A DNA stretch of 64,000 nt from Pseudomonadota bacterium (GCA_043821645.1 JBDRCO010000118.1:128001-192000), one strand, 5' to 3'. Shown: positions 31,406 to 41,506, counted from the stretch's first letter. Program-made: numbers and translations. Notes: a model not told the origin generated them from the sequence alone.

Positions 31406-31778
31406 GATTTTTGCTCCGTGACCCCGGGGCCGGATGGCCCCCACTGCCGCCAGGATTGGCTCCTGTCGACATCACCCCGGCCGCACAGATCTGCCATCTG
31501 ATAAGGCAGGTCTTCAACCTGAGGGGCGCGGGTTTTGTTCCCGCATCCGGCCCGGGCGACACCGCAGCGCCGCCCATTAAAAATGCTCGGGGAAGGTAGG
31601 CGCCGCGTCCTGGGGTGTCAAGCCAGCCCGGCGCAGGCCAATTCTCACCTTCAAGCGCAGATGGGTGAAGCACCGGGTGTCGCAGCTTGTCATACCCTGG
31701 ACCCGTCCCTACCTTGCGTGCAGCGACTCCCCGGACCAGCCTGCGTTCACGGACGGTTACCGGGGTATGGAGGTGGCC

Positions 31779-32459
31779 ATGTTTGGACTGTTCGATCCCC
31801 TGTACTTGATGCTGCTGGCGCCGGCGCTGGTGCTGTCGGTGCTGGCCTCGATCTGGGTCAAGAGTTCCTTCAGCAAGTGGAGCAAGCGCGGCCTGTCGTC
31901 GCAGATCTCGGGCGCCCAGGCCGCCCGCGCCATCCTCGATGCGAGTGGACTGTCCAACGTGCGCATCGAGCGCGTCAGCGGCTGGCTCAGCGACCACTAC
32001 GACCCCGCCCACAAGACCCTGCGCCTGTCGCCTCAGGTCCACGACGGGCGCTCCGTGGCGTCGGTGGGTGTGGCGGCGCACGAGGCTGGGCACGCCCTGC
32101 AGGACAAGGAGCGCTATGCACCCCTGGTGTGGCGCACCTCGCTGGTTCCCGTGGCGTCCATTGGCTCCAACCTGACGTGGGTGCTGATCATCGCCGGTAT
32201 GTTCCTGCACATCACCCAGCTGTACACCGCCGCCGTGGTCTTGTTCAGCGCGGTGGTGATCTTCCAGCTGGTCACCTTGCCGGTCGAGTTCAATGCGTCG
32301 AGCCGTGCCAAGGCTGCCTTGACCCAGCACGGTATCGTGAGCCTGAGCGAGGCCGAAGGCGTCAACAACGTGCTCACCGCGGCCGCCATGACTTATGTGG
32401 CTGCGGCCCTGACCGCCGTGCTGCAGCTGGTGTACTTCATCCTGCGCGCCCGGGACTGA
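31779..32459 (+). CDS. Membrane zinc metallopeptidase (YugP/Zn_peptidase_2 family)
   Basis: LSDHYDP, AAHEAGHALQ, TLPVEFNASSRA, VLTAAAMTYVAA; GGAGG SD. Confidence 0.9.
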   Translation: MFGLFDPLYLMLLAPALVLSVLASIWVKSSFSKWSKRGLSSQISGAQAARAILDASGLSNVRIERVSGWLSDHYDPAHKTLRLSPQVHDGRSVASVGVAAHEAGHALQDKERYAPLVWRTSLVPVASIGSNLTWVLIIAGMFLHITQLYTAAVVLFSAVVIFQLVTLPVEFNASSRAKAALTQHGIVSLSEAEGVNNVLTAAAMTYVAAALTAVLQLVYFILRARD

Positions 32460-32602
32460 TCGGGTCTTTTGGCGATCTCGACGGACAGTTCAGACACTCC
32501 CTTGCGAGGGTGACTCGCACGCCCAACGTGCGCCACGTCACACAAATCACGCAACATTTCCGGCTGGCGGCGGATAGATCTCTATATGAGGAGGCTCCTG
32601 CC

Positions 32603-33964
32603 ATGATCCGTACGCTGTTCAAACCGCTGCTCGTGCTCGCCCTGGCGAGCGCCGGCACTGCACTGCTCGCCTGCGACACCGAGGCGGTCATCTATCGCGA
32701 CGAGCTCGGCTGCCAGAGCAACGACGAGTGCCCTGACGGCGTGTGCGTGGGCGGCGTGTGCATCGACGGCGAGTGCACTAAGGACGCGGACTGCACACCG
32801 CTGCCGCCAACCTGCGGCGACAGCCAGACCATGCTGCTCAGGCCCATAGGTACCTGCGGCGATGACTACCTGTGCACCTACGAGCCGGTGGAGGAGAACT
32901 GCCCCCTGGGCTGCGACTTCCCAAGCGGGATCTGCGCGCGTCCGCCCTGCGAGTCCGTGGTGTGCAACACACCGCCCACCGAGTGCTTCATGGCCATCGG
33001 CACCTGCAATGCCGGCGCCTGCTACTACGACCTGCGCAATGGCGCGAGCTGCGACGACAGCGATCCCTGCACCGACGAGGACAGTTGCCTCGAAGGCATC
33101 TGCGCCGGTGTGCCGGCGAGCTGCAACACGCCTCCGCCAGACGCCTGCATCGACAACAACACCCTCGAGCAGTACCGCCCGCTGGGAATCTGCCAGCCTG
33201 GTCAAGGCTGCCAGTACCAGACCGATCGCGTGGCCTGCTTCTTTGGCTGCGTCAACGGCGCCTGCCAGGGCGACCCCTGCGGCGCCTCGGCCTGCGACCA
33301 GCCTCCGAGTGACTACTGCCTGGATGCCAGCCACGCCCGCGTGTACCAGGCCATCGGCACCTGCAACAACGCGGTGTGCGACTACCAGAGCGCCGACGTG
33401 TTCTGTCCCTTCGGCTGCGACACCAACGGCTGCAAACCCGACCCCTGCGCAGGCGTGCTGTGCGACACGCCTCCCGCGGCCTACTGTGCCGATGCCAACA
33501 CGCGACGCACCTACACGCCTCCCGCGGCCTGCGTGAACGGGCGCTGCCCCTACCTGGCTCACGACACCAACTGCCAGTATGGATGCGAGAATGGAACCTG
33601 CCGGGGTGACCCCTGCCTGGGCACCAGCTGCGACGACGGCAACCCTTGCACCACCGACAGCTGTAACTCCAGCACCGGCCAGTGCAGCCACCAGGCCGCC
33701 AACAACGGTCAGGCCTGCACCAACACGCGCAGCGGCAAGTGTCCGCAGGGCACCTGCGCGGGCGGAACCTGCCTGTCCACGGCCAACGTCACCTGCGTCA
33801 CCGAGATCGACGTGGACATTTGCCACGACGTGGAGGTGGCAGGCGTGTGCACCGGCAGCGGCGATTGCGTGGTGACCCAGGCCCCGCCCGAGTACTACTG
33901 CCCGGATTGCAACGGTCTGTGCATCCAGTGCTACATCCTTCAGCTCTGCGTGCCGTTTTTTTAA
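32603..33964 (+). CDS. Cysteine-rich repeat lipoprotein
   Basis: GAGGAGG SD; MIRTLFKPLLVLALASAGTALLAC; repeated C-x-x-PP...C...Y...C...C-x-Y...C-x-x-GC...C..DPC units and CDDGNPCT motifs. Confidence 0.85.
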   Translation: MIRTLFKPLLVLALASAGTALLACDTEAVIYRDELGCQSNDECPDGVCVGGVCIDGECTKDADCTPLPPTCGDSQTMLLRPIGTCGDDYLCTYEPVEENCPLGCDFPSGICARPPCESVVCNTPPTECFMAIGTCNAGACYYDLRNGASCDDSDPCTDEDSCLEGICAGVPASCNTPPPDACIDNNTLEQYRPLGICQPGQGCQYQTDRVACFFGCVNGACQGDPCGASACDQPPSDYCLDASHARVYQAIGTCNNAVCDYQSADVFCPFGCDTNGCKPDPCAGVLCDTPPAAYCADANTRRTYTPPAACVNGRCPYLAHDTNCQYGCENGTCRGDPCLGTSCDDGNPCTTDSCNSSTGQCSHQAANNGQACTNTRSGKCPQGTCAGGTCLSTANVTCVTEIDVDICHDVEVAGVCTGSGDCVVTQAPPEYYCPDCNGLCIQCYILQLCVPFF

Positions 33965-33987
33965 AGGGGGCAGTCGGCCCGCCCCCT
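33965..33987. terminator. GC-rich hairpin between convergent genes
   Basis: AGGGGGC...GCCCCCT; weak U-tract. Confidence 0.35.
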
Positions 33988-34075
33988 CTGGCGACGGAGT
34001 GAATCCGTCGCCATTCACCCCCTGGCAGCACGCAAGGACACCTCGCTCCCTGAGGTCGCTCGGTGCTGTCGTCGT

Positions 34076-34570
34076 CTACGGGGCGTCGGACGCGTGCTCC
34101 TGCCACAGCCGCCCCCGATCGGGACAGCGCTGCAGGGCCGCGCGCACGCAAAGACCCGGCGCCACGACGAGGGTCGGCGCGATGTCACACAGTGGCTGCA
34201 AGACAAAGCGGCGTGCGAGCAGTTGCGGATGCGGAAGGCTCAGGCGCGGGGTCGCCAGGCGGACGCCGTCCATGCACAGCAGGTCGAGGTCAATGCGGCG
34301 CGGGCCGTAGTGGGGGCCGCGCAGCCGTCCGAGGGCGCGCTCGACGTCGCGCAGGGCCCTGAGCAGTTGCCAGGGTGAAAGCACGGTGTCGACGATGGCC
34401 GCAGCGTTGAAGAAGCTGCCACCGCGGGCACCGCCCCAGGGTGCGCTGCGGTAGATGGAGGAACTCGCCAGCAGGGTGGTGCGCGGGATCCTGGCGAGCG
34501 CGCGCAGGGCCGGCTTCAGGGCCCGCCCCGCATCGAGGTTGCAGCCGAGACCGATCGCCGCCCTCGTCAC
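34076..34570 (-). CDS. folK: 2-amino-4-hydroxy-6-hydroxymethyldihydropteridine diphosphokinase
   Basis: IGLGCNL, SSIYRSAPWG, FFNAA, YGPRRIDLDLL, LPHP, RRFVLQPL. Confidence 0.92.
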   Translation of the reverse strand: MTRAAIGLGCNLDAGRALKPALRALARIPRTTLLASSSIYRSAPWGGARGGSFFNAAAIVDTVLSPWQLLRALRDVERALGRLRGPHYGPRRIDLDLLCMDGVRLATPRLSLPHPQLLARRFVLQPLCDIAPTLVVAPGLCVRAALQRCPDRGRLWQEHASDAP

Positions 34571-35361
34571 GCGGGGCGCTCGAACACACCCGTGGTGGGC
34601 GCGGCCATGACGTGATTGCGCAGCACCCCCACGCCCTCGACCTCGATCTCGACGACGTCACCGGCGCCGAGCGGGGACGTTCCGGCGTAGGTTCCCGTCG
34701 CCACCACGTCGCCGGGCAACAGGGTCATGATCGCGCTGATGTAGGCAAGCAGCGTGGGGATGTCGCGAATCAGGTTGCGGGTGTGCCCGTCTTGCTTTTG
34801 CAGGCCGTTGACCCGGGCCAGCACGCGCACAGGAGCAGGATGCAACCCGGTCTCTATCCACGGCCCCAACGGACAGAAGGTGTCGTAGCCCTTGGCACGG
34901 GTGTAGTGCCCTTCGCGGCGCTGGATGTCGCGCGCCGTCACATCATTGACGCAGGTGTAGCCCAGCACGCGGTCCCACACCTCCTCCGGGCGCACGCGGG
35001 TCATGGTCTTGCCCACCACCACGGCGAGCTCGGCCTCATGCTCGACGCGCTGGCTCACCTCGGGCAGCACGATGCTCTGCTCGGGCCCGATGACCGCGGT
35101 GCTCGGCTTGGTGAAGAGGCGCGGCTCCTCGGGGACGGTCTTCTCCATCTCGGCCGCGTGCAGGCGATCATTGAGGCCAATGCACACCACCTTGCTCGGG
35201 GTACAGGGCGCCAGCAGCTCGATCTCTTCGAAAGGGACGCGGCCCTTGCCCACGTGGATTCCCTCGAAGGGCGGTGCGTCGAGCACCGCGACGATCTCGC
35301 CGTCGACGACGCCGTAGCGTGGCTCGGCCTGGGTGGCGGTGACGAATCGACAGATGCGCAT
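34567..35361 (-). CDS. Fumarylacetoacetate hydrolase family protein
   Basis: PSKVVCIGLN, FTKPSTA, EHEAELAVV, NDVTARDIQ, RAKGYDTFCPLGP, PGDVVATGT. Confidence 0.92.
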   Translation of the reverse strand: MRICRFVTATQAEPRYGVVDGEIVAVLDAPPFEGIHVGKGRVPFEEIELLAPCTPSKVVCIGLNDRLHAAEMEKTVPEEPRLFTKPSTAVIGPEQSIVLPEVSQRVEHEAELAVVVGKTMTRVRPEEVWDRVLGYTCVNDVTARDIQRREGHYTRAKGYDTFCPLGPWIETGLHPAPVRVLARVNGLQKQDGHTRNLIRDIPTLLAYISAIMTLLPGDVVATGTYAGTSPLGAGDVVEIEVEGVGVLRNHVMAAPTTGVFERPA

Positions 35362-35497
35362 CGGTCGACCTCTAAAAGGGCGTGCCGGCCCTTCGCGGTC
35401 CTGGGGTTCCGCACTCCAGGTGGAAGGGATGATGCCATCTTCGTCGCCACCCGCCAAACCTGTGGTGCAACGAGGCTGCGCGCGGTAAGAGAGCGTC

Positions 35498-36118
35498 ATG
35501 GCCACGCACTCCAGAAACGAGAGAGTCGCGTCCTCCGCCCAGGTCTCGGAGAGCGGTCTTGCCGACGTCCACGAGGGCCTCACCAAGCTGCACGCCAAGA
35601 CCGACGCGTTCTTCACGGTGGTGCTGACCCGGCACCGTCTTCGCATGAATTGCGGGATGGGCTGCGCCAGCTGCTGTCACCGCATGCCCAGCGTGTTTCC
35701 CGTCGAGGCCTGGATGATCGCCGAGGGACTGCGCCGGGCCCCGGGGCCCGTGGCCCAGCGCATGGCGCGGCGGCTGGTGGATCACTCCCACGAGACAGAG
35801 ATCTCGCCGTGCCCGCTGCTCGACGACCGCGGCCACTGCCGGGTGTACGCCGACCGGCCCATCATCTGTCGCAGCCACGGCGCGCCCATCAAGGTTCCGG
35901 GCCAGCCCGCCGACAGGTGGAGCGTGTGTCCTCTCAACTTTGCGCGCCCGGGAATGCGCTCGCAGGTCGATTCCGTCGACGTCCTCGACGTGGAACGCCT
36001 GAACGAGATCCTCACCGTCGTCGATGGCTTGTTCCAGCAGGCCTACCCGAACAGCCAGGGTCTCCCCCTGCGCATGCCGCTGGCCGCTGGCATCGTGCAC
36101 TTCCTGCGCTCAGCCTGA
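35498..36118 (+). CDS. YkgJ-family CxxCxxCC cysteine-cluster protein
   Basis: CGMGCASCC, CPLLD...CRVYADRPIICRSHG, CPLNF. Confidence 0.85.
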   Translation: MATHSRNERVASSAQVSESGLADVHEGLTKLHAKTDAFFTVVLTRHRLRMNCGMGCASCCHRMPSVFPVEAWMIAEGLRRAPGPVAQRMARRLVDHSHETEISPCPLLDDRGHCRVYADRPIICRSHGAPIKVPGQPADRWSVCPLNFARPGMRSQVDSVDVLDVERLNEILTVVDGLFQQAYPNSQGLPLRMPLAAGIVHFLRSA

Positions 36119-36406
36119 ACCCTCTTTGCACAGCGCATCCAGCACATCCAGATCCAGGGCGTGAGGCCTCAACAGACGAAGCGCAACCCGGTGGCCGGAG
36201 TTGCCGAGGACTCGCGCATCGAGCTCGAACAGCGGGGCGTCGCCAACGCGCCAGGTCATGAGGTGCACCGGCGCTCCGGGCAGGAGGTCCGCGTCAATAT
36301 CCACCTGCAGCAGATGGCCTTCGCGAACTCGGGGGATGGCGCACAGGAGCCGCGCACCGTCGTCGAGGAGCAGGTCGGGGGGCGCGACCTCAGGCGCCGC
36401 GAGCAA
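36110..36406 (-). CDS. Hypothetical beta-rich protein (possibly PilZ-like barrel); start uncertain
   Basis: Coding-like codon usage filling the gap; only a TTG start (36406) overlapping the upstream gene; no SD. Confidence 0.35.
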   Translation of the reverse strand: MLAAPEVAPPDLLLDDGARLLCAIPRVREGHLLQVDIDADLLPGAPVHLMTWRVGDAPLFELDARVLGNSGHRVALRLLRPHALDLDVLDALCKEGSG

Positions 36407-37070
36407 AGTAGCTGCGGTAGGCGTCGCGGCCCTTGTCGGTGAGCGCGAAGCGGTTGGTGTCCTTGGGATCCGTGAGGCGCGCCTCGACCATACCGCCGGT
36501 GCCCTGGCGAATGGCGCGACTGATGTTGGTGCCAAAGGTCTCGATGCCAAGACCCACCGTCAGCACGTGCGCGACCTCGGTCGAGGTCAGAGCGCCGAGG
36601 TCCTGCTCCTCGGCGGCGCCGAGCACATAGACCACGCGAGCGATCATGCGCTTGCCGGCGAGTTCGTCGTCGGCGCCGATCTGGCGTGCCGCGAGCGCAC
36701 CCTTCTTGATCTTGTCGGCGAGGTCCTCGATCTCCATCGTCACCTTGGGCCGCGAGCCGCTGTCTTTCTTGGCGACGCTCGGACGCGCGCGGGCCGCGGT
36801 CTTGGCGCCCTTGCTGTTTTTGGCCTTGGGGCTCGCCCGGTGCTCGCTGCCCGCGGGCGGGGCCGTGGGGGCCGACTCGGCGCGCTGCTGCGGCGCGGGA
36901 GGGGGCGCGCTCGGCGGAGCCTCGGGTTCGGGCCACACCACCTCGAAGGGTTCCTCGGTCGGGCGCCCCATCAAACGATCGATGCGCCGTCTCGTGTCGT
37001 CGATGACATCGAGGCCGAGGAAGAATCCGTCGAGGAGCTTCTGGATGACCAGTGTCGATAGGCGTTCCAT
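36390..37070 (-). CDS. Hypothetical protein with Pro/Lys-rich linker and winged-helix-like C-terminus
   Basis: LTSTEVAHVL...NISRAIR...RFALTDKGR; start at 37070 or 37079. Confidence 0.6.
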   Translation of the reverse strand: MERLSTLVIQKLLDGFFLGLDVIDDTRRRIDRLMGRPTEEPFEVVWPEPEAPPSAPPPAPQQRAESAPTAPPAGSEHRASPKAKNSKGAKTAARARPSVAKKDSGSRPKVTMEIEDLADKIKKGALAARQIGADDELAGKRMIARVVYVLGAAEEQDLGALTSTEVAHVLTVGLGIETFGTNISRAIRQGTGGMVEARLTDPKDTNRFALTDKGRDAYRSYFARGA

Positions 37071-37202
37071 GTCGGGCATTTTAAGGTCGGCCCGGGGCGC
37101 CTGTAAAGCACCTCTGACGCGTTGCGCCGCGGGCTTCTCTGGGCCTGGCCAGGATCGCCGCGCTATAGTGCGACCTCGTTGATGCACGCGGGAGTCCGGG
37201 AC

Positions 37203-37466
37203 ATGAAGCGCAAAGGGCGCAGCAAGCTCGAGGACGGTGCCAGCGTGGCCGAGCACGCGCGGAGACTGCGCGGGCGACCGGGCTGGGATCCCGCTGGCGT
37301 CCTGGCGGGGCGCGACGACGCGCTGCAGCAGCAGCTCGACAGCCTGCGCTCGACGCAGGCGCTGGACGCCGCCGAGGCCTGCGACGACTGCCTGCGCGAG
37401 CGCGTCAAGGGTTCAGATTCTTCCGCCCTGTGCCCTGCACACCTGGCCCGAGCCCTGGGCCTGTAA
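37203..37466 (+). CDS. Small protein with CxxC...CxxH motif
   Basis: 87 aa; ACDDC...LCPAHL; directly upstream of the M16 peptidase. Confidence 0.55.
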   Translation: MKRKGRSKLEDGASVAEHARRLRGRPGWDPAGVLAGRDDALQQQLDSLRSTQALDAAEACDDCLRERVKGSDSSALCPAHLARALGL

Positions 37467-37508
37467 CCGCGCGAGCCCGGGGGGCGCGCAGCAGCATCGA
37501 GAGGTCGC

Positions 37509-40136
37509 GTGAGTTCCATACCAGCTCCCGTCGTTCAGCGGCTCGCCAATGGTCTGACCATCGTCTGCCTCGAAAATCATCACAGCCCGGTTGTGGCGCT
37601 GCAGGTCTGGGTCGGTGTGGGCAGTGCCGACGAGGATGAGACCGCCGGTGAGGCCGGCCTCGCGCACGTGCACGAACACATGCTGTTCAAGGGCACCGAG
37701 CGCCGTGGCGTCGGCGAGATCGCGCGCGCGGTGGAGAGCGCCGGCGGTGAGATCAACGCCTGGACCAGTTTTGACAACACGGTCTACTACGTGGTGATGG
37801 CGAGCCGGGACTTCGACGTCGGGCTCGACGTGCTGGCTGACGCCGTGCTGCATTCTCGCTTCGATCCCGAGGAGCTGGATCGCGAGCGCGAGGTGGTGAT
37901 CGAGGAGATCAAGCGCTCACGGGATATCCCGGCGCGCCTGGCGTCGCAGACGCTGTTCGAGACAGCCTTCTCCGTGCACCCTTACCGCAGGCCCGTGATC
38001 GGCTACGAGGAGACCGTGCGCGCCATGACCCGCGACGCGTTGCACGGCTTCTACCGCCGTCACTACTGCCCCGAGCGCCTGGTGGTGGTGGCGGTGGGCG
38101 ACCTCGATGCGGCCCGGGCGCAAGCCAGCATCACCGCGGCCTTCGGTGGGGCCCCGGCCGGCCCTGGCCTCGCGCCGGAGCGACCGCTGGAGCCCGAGCA
38201 GGACGCCCTGCGCCTGCGCCTGCTGTTTGGCCAGACCCACGAGAGTCATCTGCTGTGCGCCTGGCACATCCCGGCGGTCGATCACGACGATGTCCCTGCC
38301 CTCGACGTGCTGAGCGTGACCCTTGGCCACGGCGAGTCGTCCCAGCTGTCGCGGGCGATGCGCTTCCGGCGTCCCCTGGTCAACGAGGCCTTCGCCTACG
38401 CCTACACGCCCCGCGACGCTGGCCTGCTCATCGCTGGCGCCACCTTGCACCATGACAGACTGCGCGATGCGGCCCAGGCCCTGGTGTCGGAGATCCATCG
38501 CCTGCGCGACGAGCCCGTGGCGCTGCGCGAGATCGAGAAGGCGCGCACCATCATCGAGTCCGATGCGGTGTACCAGCGCGAGACCGCCCAGGGCATGGCG
38601 CGCAAGCTGGGTTTCTTTCAGGCGGTCATGGGCGATCTCGGCGCCGAGGCGCGCTACTACGAGGCCATCCGGGAGGTGCGTGCCGAGGACCTGCGGCGTG
38701 TCGCCGAGCGCTACCTGCGTCCCGAGCAGATGAGCTGCACGGCCCTGTTGCCGCAGCAGCAGGCCACCGAGGTGCGGCAGGACATGCTCGCCGAGGCCCT
38801 GCTGCCGCCGCGGCCGCGCGTCCGTGCCACCCTGGGCCAGGCCGGTGCCAGCGGTGCCTACCGGGTCGAGCTGCCAAGCGGAGCGCGGGTGATCCTGCTG
38901 CCGGACAGCACCGTGCCGGTGGTCTCGTTCCGCGCGGTGTGGCTCGGCGGACAGCGCGCCGAGACTCCCGAGTTCGCCGGTGCCAACAACCTGGCCTCGC
39001 GGCTGCTGACCAAGGGCACCACCAGTCGCAGCGCCCTCGACATCGCCCATGCCGTCGACGCCATGGCGGCGGGCCTGGATGGTTTTTCTGGCCGCAACAC
39101 CATTGGCCTGCAGGGCGAGTTCCTGGCGCGCTTTGCCGAGCAGGGCTTCGATCTTCTGGTCGATTGTGCACGCAGCCCAGCCTTCCGCGAGGAGGATCTG
39201 GTGCGCGAGCGCGACCAGGTACTCGAGCAGATCCGCGCTCGTGACGACGATCTGCCCTCGACCGCGTTCCGGCTGTTCGCCCGCGGCCTGTACCCCCGGC
39301 ATCCGTACCGGATGGATCCCCTGGGCCAGCGCGACAGCGTCGAGGCCCTCGACCACGACGTGCTCGCCACGCTGCACCAGCGCCTGCTGTGTCCCGAGCG
39401 CGCCGTGTTCACCGTCGCGGGCGACATCGAGCCCGAGCGGGGCCTGGCGATGGTCCAGGCGGTCTTTGGCACACCGTCCCTGGCCACCTTGCCGCCCCCG
39501 GCCGCACCGGCCGCCGATCCGGCCCCGCCGCAGCGCCGGGTGCTGCGCCTGGCACGCGATCGGGCCCAGGCGCACCTGGTCTACGGTTTCTCGGGCTGCA
39601 CCTTTCTCGAGGAGCGACGCTTTGGTCTCGAGGTGCTGGCCACCGTGCTTGCAGGGCAGAGTGGCCGGCTCTTCCTCGAGCTGCGGGACCGCCAGTCCCT
39701 GGCCTACAGCGTCACCGCCAGCAGCGTCGAAGGCGTGGAGCCTGGCTACTTCGCAGTCTACATGGGCACCAGCCCCGAGAAGCTGGACCAGGCCATCGCC
39801 GGCGTCGAGGAACAGCTCGACCGCCTGCGCCAGCAGCCCCCCACGGTGGAAGAGCTGGCGCGAACCCAGCGCTACCTGATCGGGGCCCATGCCATAGGCC
39901 TGCAACGGGTCGGTGCGCGGGCCTCCATCATGGCCTTCAACGAAGTCTACGACGTGGGTTACCAGGCGCACCTGGACTATGCTCGCCGCATCGAGGCGGT
40001 GACAGCCGCGGAGCTTCTGGCCTGCGCCCAGGAGGTGCTGATCCCCCAGCGCGCGGTGCTGGCCATCGTGGCCCCCGAGGGCAGCGGTGGCCCTGCGGTC
40101 ACCGAGGATGCGAGTGCGGCCGAGCTGAAGGGTTGA
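37509..40136 (+). CDS. M16 (pitrilysin) family zinc peptidase, fused two-half form
   Basis: GLAHVHEHMLFKGT (HxxEH), INAWTSFD; second half lacks the His motif; LRDRQSLAY. Confidence 0.93.
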   Translation: MSSIPAPVVQRLANGLTIVCLENHHSPVVALQVWVGVGSADEDETAGEAGLAHVHEHMLFKGTERRGVGEIARAVESAGGEINAWTSFDNTVYYVVMASRDFDVGLDVLADAVLHSRFDPEELDREREVVIEEIKRSRDIPARLASQTLFETAFSVHPYRRPVIGYEETVRAMTRDALHGFYRRHYCPERLVVVAVGDLDAARAQASITAAFGGAPAGPGLAPERPLEPEQDALRLRLLFGQTHESHLLCAWHIPAVDHDDVPALDVLSVTLGHGESSQLSRAMRFRRPLVNEAFAYAYTPRDAGLLIAGATLHHDRLRDAAQALVSEIHRLRDEPVALREIEKARTIIESDAVYQRETAQGMARKLGFFQAVMGDLGAEARYYEAIREVRAEDLRRVAERYLRPEQMSCTALLPQQQATEVRQDMLAEALLPPRPRVRATLGQAGASGAYRVELPSGARVILLPDSTVPVVSFRAVWLGGQRAETPEFAGANNLASRLLTKGTTSRSALDIAHAVDAMAAGLDGFSGRNTIGLQGEFLARFAEQGFDLLVDCARSPAFREEDLVRERDQVLEQIRARDDDLPSTAFRLFARGLYPRHPYRMDPLGQRDSVEALDHDVLATLHQRLLCPERAVFTVAGDIEPERGLAMVQAVFGTPSLATLPPPAAPAADPAPPQRRVLRLARDRAQAHLVYGFSGCTFLEERRFGLEVLATVLAGQSGRLFLELRDRQSLAYSVTASSVEGVEPGYFAVYMGTSPEKLDQAIAGVEEQLDRLRQQPPTVEELARTQRYLIGAHAIGLQRVGARASIMAFNEVYDVGYQAHLDYARRIEAVTAAELLACAQEVLIPQRAVLAIVAPEGSGGPAVTEDASAAELKG

Positions 40137-40191
40137 GGGGCTTCGAGGGGCGTGCCCCAGGCGGAACGTCGCCCCGGGCGAGGGAGGTTCC

Positions 40192-40716
40192 ATGACGATG
40201 CGGCACCCGCCTTTTTCCTGGACCGTGCTGCTGCGCACCGGCGGCAGCCTGGCCTTGCTCGCAGCGGCGGCCCTGCTCAGCCTGGCCAGCAACCTGGACA
40301 GCTCCGCCGAGAAGTACAACGCCTGCTGCGCCTGCCTGTCGCGCAGTCACAACGACTACAGTGAGCCCTGTGTCTCGGTGTCGACGAGCCAGTGCGTGGA
40401 CACGATCTCGTCGGGGCAGCCCGTGGCCTCGAACTCGCGCTGCCTGCGGGACCTGTGCGAGGGCGATTGCGGTGAGGTGGTGGGCCAGGTCACGGCTCTC
40501 GCCGACATCGAGGAGTGCTGCGCCTGCCTGGTCGCGTCCCGGGATCCCTCGGGGGTGGCCTGCGTCCAGGTGGATGCCGTGACCTGCGCCAAGGACCTCG
40601 ACAACGGTCACTCCCTGGCGTCGACCCAGGCCTGCTTCGACGACGTGTGCCGCGGTCGCTGTGGCTTTCTCAACGTTCAGGGCATCGCCGATGCGGGACC
40701 TGCCGACGGAGGCTGA
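40192..40716 (+). CDS. Secreted or membrane-anchored protein with two 8-Cys repeats
   Basis: GGAGG SD; hydrophobic N-terminus; two CCAC-initiated units. Confidence 0.7.
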   Translation: MTMRHPPFSWTVLLRTGGSLALLAAAALLSLASNLDSSAEKYNACCACLSRSHNDYSEPCVSVSTSQCVDTISSGQPVASNSRCLRDLCEGDCGEVVGQVTALADIEECCACLVASRDPSGVACVQVDAVTCAKDLDNGHSLASTQACFDDVCRGRCGFLNVQGIADAGPADGG

Positions 40717-40792
40717 GCGCCAGGTATCGACAGCACACCGAACAGCTCTATACAATCCGCCGCTCACGGACGGAGCACGGTGAGCGAAGGTC

Positions 40793-41506
40793 ATGGTCCA
40801 GTTCAATCTCAGCCAGCGCGAGATCCTGCTCAAGCTCGTGTACTACGGTCCCGCGCTGTCCGGGAAGACCACCAATCTGCAGGCGGTGTACGAGCTGCTC
40901 AACCCCGAGACCCGGGGTCGTCTGATGACCCTCGACACGGCCAATGACCGCACCCTGTTCTTTGACATGCTGCCGGTGTTCTTTCAGAGCCAGGCCGGCT
41001 TCAAGTTCAAGCTCAAGCTGTACACGGTGCCGGGGCAGGTCATGCACAACTCGACCCGCCGCATCGTGCTGGCCGGGGCCGACGGTGTGGCCTTCATCGC
41101 CGACGCCCAGCGCAATGAGGCCAAGGCCAACAACGAGGCCTGGCGGGGCATGATCGAGAACCTGAAGCAGAACGCGCTCGACCCCACGACCTTGCCCATC
41201 GTCATCCAGTTCAACAAGTGCGATCTGCCCAACATCCGCAGCGACGAGGAACTGGAGAAGATGCGCGTGCGATCCCGCGAGCCCATCTTCCGCGCCATCG
41301 CGACCCAGAAGAAGGGTGTGCTGGAAACCCTGTACGCCCTGGTGCAGTTGACCTTCCGCCGCCTCGACGCCGAGCAGGACTTCGAGCGCAAGTTCGGCGT
41401 TGGCGAGAAGGAGTTCTTGCGACACCTCTTTGCCGGTGTCGATGGTCGCGCCGCTGGCCTGCCCTCGCTGGGGCGCGGCGTCCCGGAGCCTGATCATGGT
41501 GGCTGA
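40793..41506 (+). CDS. sofG: MglA-family small Ras-like GTPase (SofG-like)
   Basis: KLVYYGPALSGKTTNL, RTLFFD, YTVPGQV, NKCD; no mglB adjacent; upstream of a Dif-type cluster. The symbol is inferred from context. Confidence 0.75.
   Translation: MVQFNLSQREILLKLVYYGPALSGKTTNLQAVYELLNPETRGRLMTLDTANDRTLFFDMLPVFFQSQAGFKFKLKLYTVPGQVMHNSTRRIVLAGADGVAFIADAQRNEAKANNEAWRGMIENLKQNALDPTTLPIVIQFNKCDLPNIRSDEELEKMRVRSREPIFRAIATQKKGVLETLYALVQLTFRRLDAEQDFERKFGVGEKEFLRHLFAGVDGRAAGLPSLGRGVPEPDHGG

Noticed and set aside
40793-41506. Canonical mglA
   Set aside because: No upstream mglB, a longer C-terminus and dif-linked context indicate the SofG-type paralogue.
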